Shown: in pieces, positions 58,233 through 64,000 of the stretch
Numbering within the stretch: position 1 is the stretch's first letter
How the letters are laid out: each line of letters opens with the position of its first letter
Source of the DNA: Candidatus Eiseniibacteriota bacterium
GTDB taxonomy: Bacteria; Eisenbacteria; RBG-16-71-46; JABDJR01
NCBI GenBank assembly: GCA_963762255.1
Contig: CAVXKA010000002.1
Coordinates: forward strand, 1,184,001 to 1,248,000
Reading direction: 5' to 3'
DNA: 64,000 bases
Notes under the pieces: model-generated
What the model was told of the DNA's origin: nothing
Database searches by the model: none
What the model saw: only the letters and a program-made list of their open reading frames with translations
Translations under genes and position numbers: made by a program

Positions 58233-59522
58233 ATGTTGAAGCCCGGAACCTTCAGACGGTGCATCATGGTGGCGGCGGCCCTCGGCCTCCTCGTGGCCCT
58301 TCCGGCCCAGGGGCAGGTGCGATTCGGGGGCGACTTCATGATGCGGTTCTACACAGAGAAGTTCGACAACACCCTGGACAACCGCGAAGACCTCAACTAC
58401 ACGCGGGTGAGGGCGCGGCTGAGCATGGACGTGCCGATCGGCAAGACCGCGGGAGTGCACACGGACTTCGTCACCGTGAGCAGCAACCCCACCCTTCCCG
58501 CCCGGGCCATCGGCGGGTTGGGCCCGCTGTCCTACGGCATCAGCCAAATCTACGGGGACCTGGTCACCTCCCGCGTGCCGATGTGGGACCTGACCAGGAT
58601 CAGGGTCGGGCGCCAGCATTACGCTCTCGGCGACGGCCTGACCCTGGGCGACAGCTACTACCAGCTCAACCAGTACGACGCGGGACGGGTCGATCTGATG
58701 CGCGGCCGTTGGACGCTGGGGCTATTCGGATCGATCACCAGGCAGGAGGTCACCGAGGACGGTTACTACCCCAAGCCCGGCAGCGATCAGCTCTATGTGG
58801 CCAAGGTGGAGAGCGAACTCTACGATCACGTCCTCCTGGCCTACGGCGTATACGAGAAGCAGCGCGGCGACTTCAACGACAACGTCGTGTTCGGTCTCGG
58901 CGCGAGAGGACACCTCTTCACGCGAGACATTGAGTACTCGGGCGAGTTCGCCTCCCAGGACTTCAACACGCTTCCCGGCCTGCCCGACAGGGGGGGCATC
59001 GCTTACATGGGAGGCCTGAGCTACACCTGGTCCATGGGGCCTTTCCGGACCGTCAAGGCCGAGTTCCGGACCGCGGGGTACCAGGGCGACGACCCAGGCA
59101 CTAGGGAGATCGAGACGTTCGAGCCGTACTATCCGGCCTGGGCCTGGGGCGACCGCGTGGGCTACGTCAACGGCGACGTCGGCGGGGACTACCCCCACGA
59201 CGGGAAGCGGCTCGAAGGCAGCCGCGTCTATTTCGGCAGGATCTACTTCTCCCCGTCGGCCTTCCCCGATTTCCGCCTTCAGCTCCAGTACGCCACGGTG
59301 GACGCATGGGAGAGGAACAGCAGCGGCGCAACCGGGTCGAGCGACGAGTACGGGGTGAAGCTCTACTACTCGGTCAACCAAAACGTCCGTTTGCAGGCCC
59401 GGTACTTGCTGCGCAAGCAAAACGGCGAGGACAGCGACGTCAACGACAGCGGCGTGATCTCGAGCAGCGAGGACAAGTACGACGCGCGTCGCATCGTGTT
59501 CGAGTTCCTGTACAAGTACTAG
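58233..59522 (+). CDS. Outer-membrane beta-barrel (alginate-export/porin-like)
   Basis: Signal peptide ...AQG/Q; RVRARL, RVGRQ..LGDG.TLG, amphipathic strands; C-terminal FEFLYKY. Confidence 0.75.
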   Translation: MLKPGTFRRCIMVAAALGLLVALPAQGQVRFGGDFMMRFYTEKFDNTLDNREDLNYTRVRARLSMDVPIGKTAGVHTDFVTVSSNPTLPARAIGGLGPLSYGISQIYGDLVTSRVPMWDLTRIRVGRQHYALGDGLTLGDSYYQLNQYDAGRVDLMRGRWTLGLFGSITRQEVTEDGYYPKPGSDQLYVAKVESELYDHVLLAYGVYEKQRGDFNDNVVFGLGARGHLFTRDIEYSGEFASQDFNTLPGLPDRGGIAYMGGLSYTWSMGPFRTVKAEFRTAGYQGDDPGTREIETFEPYYPAWAWGDRVGYVNGDVGGDYPHDGKRLEGSRVYFGRIYFSPSAFPDFRLQLQYATVDAWERNSSGATGSSDEYGVKLYYSVNQNVRLQARYLLRKQNGEDSDVNDSGVISSSEDKYDARRIVFEFLYKY

Positions 59523-59581
59523 CCGGTAGCCGTCGGGGAGTCGCCGGCTGACCGGCGGCACGGGCCGGCAAAGGAGACATC

Positions 59582-60193
59582 ATGTTCGGATACTTCCTAC
59601 GGATGGTCGCGGTCTTCCTGATTCTGGGCGTCCCCTTCGCGACCGCAGCCGCGGAGCAGCCGGGGGCGGCGGGTACGCAAGCGCCAGCCGTGCGGTTCGA
59701 GAAGCCGATATTGCTGACTTCCGCCGGCCAGAGCGTGGACATCAAGCTCGCGGGGGTTCTTCTGCAGCGCCTCAAGGTCCCCTTCGACGCGAAGCCCATC
59801 GCCACCGCGGCGGACCTGGTGGGATACAAGTCGCTGGTGGTGGTGCCCGGATACAGCTCGAAGGGACTCGGATCGGCGGGCGTCAGCCGTGACGATGAGC
59901 TGAAGCGCGTGGAAGACCTGTTGGCGGCGGCGGCGAAGGCGAAGGTCCCCGTGCTGACCCTGCACCTGGGGGGCAACGCGCGGCGCGGAGTGCAGTCGGA
60001 CGACTTCAATGCCATGGTGGTGAAGGCATCCGACATGGCGATCGTCGTGGCCCAAGGCGACGAAGACGGGTTCTTCACGAACCTCTGCCGGGGAGAGAAG
60101 ATCCCGCTTAGGGTCGTCAAGATCATCGCGGACGCTATGAAGCCACTGGAAGAGGCGATGGCTCCGGCCGGTCAGGCGGCGGCGAAGCCATGA
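59582..60193 (+). CDS. DUF6305 family exported protein
   Basis: Signal peptide; PILLTSAGQS.D, GYSSKGLGSAG, HLGG..RRG..SD, DGFF. Confidence 0.8.
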   Translation: MFGYFLRMVAVFLILGVPFATAAAEQPGAAGTQAPAVRFEKPILLTSAGQSVDIKLAGVLLQRLKVPFDAKPIATAADLVGYKSLVVVPGYSSKGLGSAGVSRDDELKRVEDLLAAAAKAKVPVLTLHLGGNARRGVQSDDFNAMVVKASDMAIVVAQGDEDGFFTNLCRGEKIPLRVVKIIADAMKPLEEAMAPAGQAAAKP

Positions 60194-62130
60194 GAAAGGC
60201 CGGCGGGGCGCCCCGGGTTGGCGCATGGATCGGATTCGTCCGCGGCACGGCGGCGTTTGCGACGGTGGCAACTCTGGCCCTGTCGGTCTTCGTGGCGGGC
60301 GCCTGCTCCCAGACCCAGGCCCCGCCTCAGGTCGGTGGGGTGGCGGCGACCGCCCATCCCCTGGCCTCGGAGGCGGCCATCCAGATGCTGTCGCGAGGCG
60401 GCAACGCCGTCGACGCCGCCGTGGCGGCGGCCTTCGCGATCGGCGTGGTGGAGCCGGACGGCTCCGGACTCGGCGGTGGTGGCGGCATGCTCGTCTACAT
60501 GCACGACCGCCGGGAGACCATCTACGTCAACTACTACCACCGAGCCCCGGCCGACCCCGGTGCCGCTTCCTTCGTTTCATCCCGAGATCGTGACACCGCC
60601 AAGTCCGCCCTGGTTCCGGGCACGGTAGCCGGGCTCTGCCTCGCCCTCGAGAAGTACGGCACGCTTCCCCTGACCGAGGTCCTCGAACCCGCGATTCGCT
60701 ACGCGCGGGACGGTTTCGCTGTGGATGCAACGCTGGCCGGATTGCTCCTCGACTTCACCGACGTCATGGCCCAGCGGCCGGACCTGGCAGAGGTGTTCCT
60801 GGTCGACGGGTTTCCGAAGATGGAAGGCGACACGCTGAAACAGTCGAAGCTGGCCGGGACGCTGGAGCTCATCGCGCAGAACGGGCGCGACGGGTTCTAC
60901 AAAGGCGAGACGGCACGCGCCCTGGTTGAACGGGTCACGGCGGAGGGAGGAGCCATGACCCTCGCGGACCTCGAGGGATACGAGGCGGAGGTCTCCCAGC
61001 CGGTCCGCGGCACCTATCGTGGGTACGAGATCGTCTCCGCGCCCGCGCCCCATTCCGGAGCCACGTTGATCGAGATCATGAACATGATCGAGCAGATCGA
61101 CCTGGACCCCAAAGTCCACTTCACCCAGTCGGCCGAGACCATGCACATGCTGGCCGAGATCTTCCGGCGCGCCTACGCCGACCGAAGCCAGTACCTCGCG
61201 GATCCGGACTTCGTGCGCGTTCCCGAGACCGGGCTGATTTCCAAGGCCTACGCGCGCGAGGTCCTCTCGGGCATCAACCCATACCGGGCGGAACCGCGCA
61301 ACTATCGCGATACGCCCTATGGCTCTCCCTTGAAGTTCGATGGTCGGGCCGGTACCCAGGAGGTCCCGCAGCCTGATCAGCGCAAACGGGTCTGGGGAGA
61401 CGGGGACGATGACGACCCGGGGTTGAACGAAGATTCGGGCGATCCGTTCGACCGCTGGAAGGGCAAGCCGAAGAAGAACAGCGACAAGAGCGAAGTTCTG
61501 GTTCCCGAGGGCGCTTTCGAGGGCGCGAGCACGACGCACATCTCCGTCATCGACGCCAACAACAACATGGTCACTCTCACCCAGACGCTGGGCAACTTCT
61601 GGGGCAGCAAGACCATGGTGAACGGCGTCCTGCTCAACAACGGCCGCGTGAACTTCAGCACGGCTTCCGCCATCAACGTCATCGAGCCCAACAAGCGGCC
61701 TCGCAGCTCGATCACGCCCACGTTGCTCTTCCGGAACGGATCTCCCGCCTTCGCGCTGGGATCCCCCGGGGCGGGGCGCATCATCGCGGTACTGGCCCAG
61801 GTGATCATGAATCTGGTCGACTACGGGATGGACGCGCAGGCGGCCAACGACGCTCCCCGGTTCTTCTGCCAGAAGTTCGACGATCACCTCTCGGTCGAGT
61901 CCCGCATCGATCGGGGAATCGTGGACCGGCTGTCGGGCATGGGTCACTCGGTTCGCATGCTGGGCGACATGGACCTGTTCTTCGGCGGCGTGCAGATCGC
62001 GGGCATTCGTCCAGGGACGGGCGAGCTGGTCGGTTCGGCGGATCCCCGACGAGGGGGAAACGCGCTGAACGCGGATTCGGAGGAGTCGCCGAAGAAGTCG
62101 CGGGACGTGGCACCGGACGACCCCGACTAG
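60190..62130 (+). CDS. ggt: Gamma-glutamyltransferase (CapD/GGT family), probable lipoprotein
   Basis: AGAC lipobox; GGNAVDAA, SGLGGGG, VPGTVAG, nucleophile S-TTHISV, PRSSITP, GSPG, ADPRR. Confidence 0.93.
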   Translation: MRKAGGAPRVGAWIGFVRGTAAFATVATLALSVFVAGACSQTQAPPQVGGVAATAHPLASEAAIQMLSRGGNAVDAAVAAAFAIGVVEPDGSGLGGGGGMLVYMHDRRETIYVNYYHRAPADPGAASFVSSRDRDTAKSALVPGTVAGLCLALEKYGTLPLTEVLEPAIRYARDGFAVDATLAGLLLDFTDVMAQRPDLAEVFLVDGFPKMEGDTLKQSKLAGTLELIAQNGRDGFYKGETARALVERVTAEGGAMTLADLEGYEAEVSQPVRGTYRGYEIVSAPAPHSGATLIEIMNMIEQIDLDPKVHFTQSAETMHMLAEIFRRAYADRSQYLADPDFVRVPETGLISKAYAREVLSGINPYRAEPRNYRDTPYGSPLKFDGRAGTQEVPQPDQRKRVWGDGDDDDPGLNEDSGDPFDRWKGKPKKNSDKSEVLVPEGAFEGASTTHISVIDANNNMVTLTQTLGNFWGSKTMVNGVLLNNGRVNFSTASAINVIEPNKRPRSSITPTLLFRNGSPAFALGSPGAGRIIAVLAQVIMNLVDYGMDAQAANDAPRFFCQKFDDHLSVESRIDRGIVDRLSGMGHSVRMLGDMDLFFGGVQIAGIRPGTGELVGSADPRRGGNALNADSEESPKKSRDVAPDDPD

Positions 62131-62149
62131 CGGGGCCGGGCTTCTCTCG

Positions 62150-63295
62150 ATGAGCTGGGTCCTCGGCCTGTCCGGCCTCCTGGTGGTCCTGCTTCTCCTG
62201 GAAGCGGCCGTGATGCACTGGAGCGTGAACGGCATCCCCTGCCGGGTGCTCGTCACGGGGACCCGCGGGAAGTCGGGACTGGTGAGGGTCCTCTCGGCCG
62301 GCCTGCGCACCGTCGAGCCGGCAACGTGGGGCAAGATCACCGGGGATATCGCGTCCGTGGTGACCCCGGAAGGGACGTTGCGCCGACTCGCGCGCCGTGG
62401 CCCCGCGCATCTGCGAGAGCAGGCAAGGTTGGTCCGTGATTGCCGGAGGAGCCGGGCCCGCTGCCTGGTTATCGAGTCCATGGCTGTCACCCCAGAAGCG
62501 ATGGTGGCGGAAGCACGGCTCCTCCGGCCCACATTGATGATCGTGACGAATGTTCGTGACGACCACCGGGAGACCCTCGGGAGCGATCCGGACCGGCAGC
62601 GTGCGGCCTACTTGTCGTCGATTCCCTCCGGCTGCCGATGGCTGACCCGGGACGAGGAGTTCGTGGACTTCGCCCTCCGTTCGGGTCGGACTTCCGCACG
62701 GGTTCCCCTGCCTGCGAGCACGGCGGACCCTGGCAATCCGGAGGAACTCAATGTCGCCGCCGAACTGGTCGCCACGGCCGAGGCGGCGATGATCGCGCTG
62801 GGCTTGGACCCGAAGCCGGCTCGCGGCGAGATGCAGGCCGCCGCCGCGCAGCTCTTGCCGCCGACGCGGGTCGTGGCCCTGCACGGGCGGGAGATGATCC
62901 TGTTGGACGCGTTCTCCGCCAATGAGTTGGAGTCCCTGGCGCGATTGTGGACGCAATGGCGAAAGGAAACCGGCGACGGATCGAAGTGGTCCGTGCTGCT
63001 CAATACCCGCGCCGACCGGCCGTTGCGGACACGCCAGTTCTGCGGGTGGCTGGCCGGCCGGGATGACATCGATCAGATCTTCCTGGCGGGATCCCACGTC
63101 CCGGCGGCAGCCCGGTTCTTGCGCGGATGTGGCCGGCCGCTGGTCAGGGTGCCCCGAGGCGAACCGATCGTCACCGCCGAGGATCGAGACACGGCGTCCC
63201 GCCGGGAGGACCTGGGCTTCGTCGTCGGGATCGGGAACGTGAGCGGCCTGGGCCTGCGTCTTCGCGCGGAATCGGGCGGAGGCGTCAGGCCGTGA
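62150..63295 (+). CDS. pgsB: Poly-gamma-glutamate synthase ligase subunit PgsB/CapB
   Basis: N-terminal TM; GTRGKS P-loop, GKITG, E.MA..P, TNVRDDH, AFSANE, NTRADR..RT, GIGN. Confidence 0.88.
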   Translation: MSWVLGLSGLLVVLLLLEAAVMHWSVNGIPCRVLVTGTRGKSGLVRVLSAGLRTVEPATWGKITGDIASVVTPEGTLRRLARRGPAHLREQARLVRDCRRSRARCLVIESMAVTPEAMVAEARLLRPTLMIVTNVRDDHRETLGSDPDRQRAAYLSSIPSGCRWLTRDEEFVDFALRSGRTSARVPLPASTADPGNPEELNVAAELVATAEAAMIALGLDPKPARGEMQAAAAQLLPPTRVVALHGREMILLDAFSANELESLARLWTQWRKETGDGSKWSVLLNTRADRPLRTRQFCGWLAGRDDIDQIFLAGSHVPAAARFLRGCGRPLVRVPRGEPIVTAEDRDTASRREDLGFVVGIGNVSGLGLRLRAESGGGVRP

Positions 63296-63738
63296 TTCCC
63301 GAGCTGTTCCTGATCGGACTGGTCGTCGGCTTCCTATACTACGAGTGGACCGGTGTCTCCCCCGGCGGTGTGATCCCTCCCGCCTACTTCGCCCTCTTCC
63401 TCTCCCAGCCGGAACGGATCCTGGTCACGGTAGCGCTCGCACTTCTGGTCTACGCAGCAGTCCGTCTCCTGCAAGCGCACACGCTTCTCTACGGCCGGCG
63501 CCGGTTGCTCGCCGCGCTCCTGCTGGGTTTCGTATTCAAGTGGTGCGCCGAGGCATTGATCGCGCCGAACGTCGCAACGCCGTTCGAGATCCATGCCGTC
63601 GGCTACATCATTCCGGGGCTGATCGCCAACGACATGGTGAGGCAGCGCATCCTGCCCACCGTCCTTTCGATAGGGATCGTCACCATCCTGGTCGGCCTGT
63701 TGGGCCTGCTGATGGGAATCGGGTGGAACCGGCTGTGA
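63292..63738 (+). CDS. pgsC: Poly-gamma-glutamate biosynthesis protein PgsC/CapC
   Basis: GTGA overlap; E.TGVSPGGVIPPAY.AL, LYGRRR, GYIIPGLIANDM.RQ. Confidence 0.93.
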   Translation: MIPELFLIGLVVGFLYYEWTGVSPGGVIPPAYFALFLSQPERILVTVALALLVYAAVRLLQAHTLLYGRRRLLAALLLGFVFKWCAEALIAPNVATPFEIHAVGYIIPGLIANDMVRQRILPTVLSIGIVTILVGLLGLLMGIGWNRL

Positions 63739-64000
63739 AGCCGCGCCGGCCCGGATTGGCCATCGCGTTCGTCGTGGCGGCGGTCTCCTGGCTGGCAGTC
63801 CAGGAATACGGCAGGGAGCAGGTTTCGCACCCGTTGCGCGACAAGATGATCGACGCGGTTCGGCGCACGGAGAGGGCCTTTGCTGTAGTTGATTCCGCAA
63901 AGCGTGCCGAAGGGCGTGGATTCCCCGCCGAATCTAGATTGCCCTGGGCATCCCTCCTCGGTGAGGACTACACCGTCATGACCACGACATTGGGCTCGCG
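63735..64000 (+). CDS. pgsW: Poly-gamma-glutamate system protein PgsW, truncated by window end
   Basis: Not in track. GTGA-coupled to pgsC: MKPRRPGLAIAFVVAAVSWLAVQE...KMIDA...LLGEDYTVMTTTLGS, matching the G.E.S.ITTTLGS motif of this family. Confidence 0.8.
   Translation, partial: MKPRRPGLAIAFVVAAVSWLAVQEYGREQVSHPLRDKMIDAVRRTERAFAVVDSAKRAEGRGFPAESRLPWASLLGEDYTVMTTTLGS

Noticed and set aside
1-64000. CRISPR arrays, tRNA/rRNA, transposases, integrases, phage or defence genes
   Set aside because: None recognised; no regularly spaced short repeats or RNA-gene signatures seen by eye.

Overview
High-GC bacterial window from a diderm organism. It has outer-membrane barrels, lipoproteins and six exported proteins ending in a FlgD-Ig/T9SS-CTD-like domain, a style reminiscent of Eisenbacteria/Latescibacteria/Krumholzibacteria-type genomes (inference only). 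The left half (1-36.7 kb) is mixed accessory content: a DUF134 regulator missed by the ORF track, a GNAT + ATP-grasp pair, a Ser/Thr kinase-TPR protein, a REC-PP2C phosphatase, a nitronate-monooxygenase-like flavoprotein divergent from a methyltransferase-thioesterase-phosphodiesterase operon, an SH3/M48/CHASE2-cyclase/MscS-cNMP operon, a frameshifted ComEC-like metallo-beta-lactamase-fold hydrolase, a DUF5916 barrel, a TetR-AcrAB-OprM efflux operon and a DUF3857/transglutaminase pair. The right half (36.7-64 kb) looks like one large poly-gamma-glutamate (PGA) locus: pgsB-pgsC-pgsW, a lid-less CapD-like GGT, DUF6305, an outer-membrane barrel, a double-propeller lipoprotein, a histidine kinase with an NtrC-type sigma54 activator, a DctM-like permease, a 48-aa membrane protein, an M14-type deacylase and a signal-peptide-bearing glutamate racemase. 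It also holds a tandem array of four mosaic exported paralogues that share a G8/beta-helix core; two of them carry gamma-glutamyl-amide-hydrolase-type heads (NlpC/P60; class I GATase/BPL-N). Three sigma54-like promoters precede the units of this locus. Non-coding highlights are a shared palindromic operator inside two TTGACA-16-CATAAT promoters (candidate DUF134 regulon) and an orphan consensus sigma54 promoter driving a candidate structured sRNA. All calls are by eye from motifs; no searches were run.
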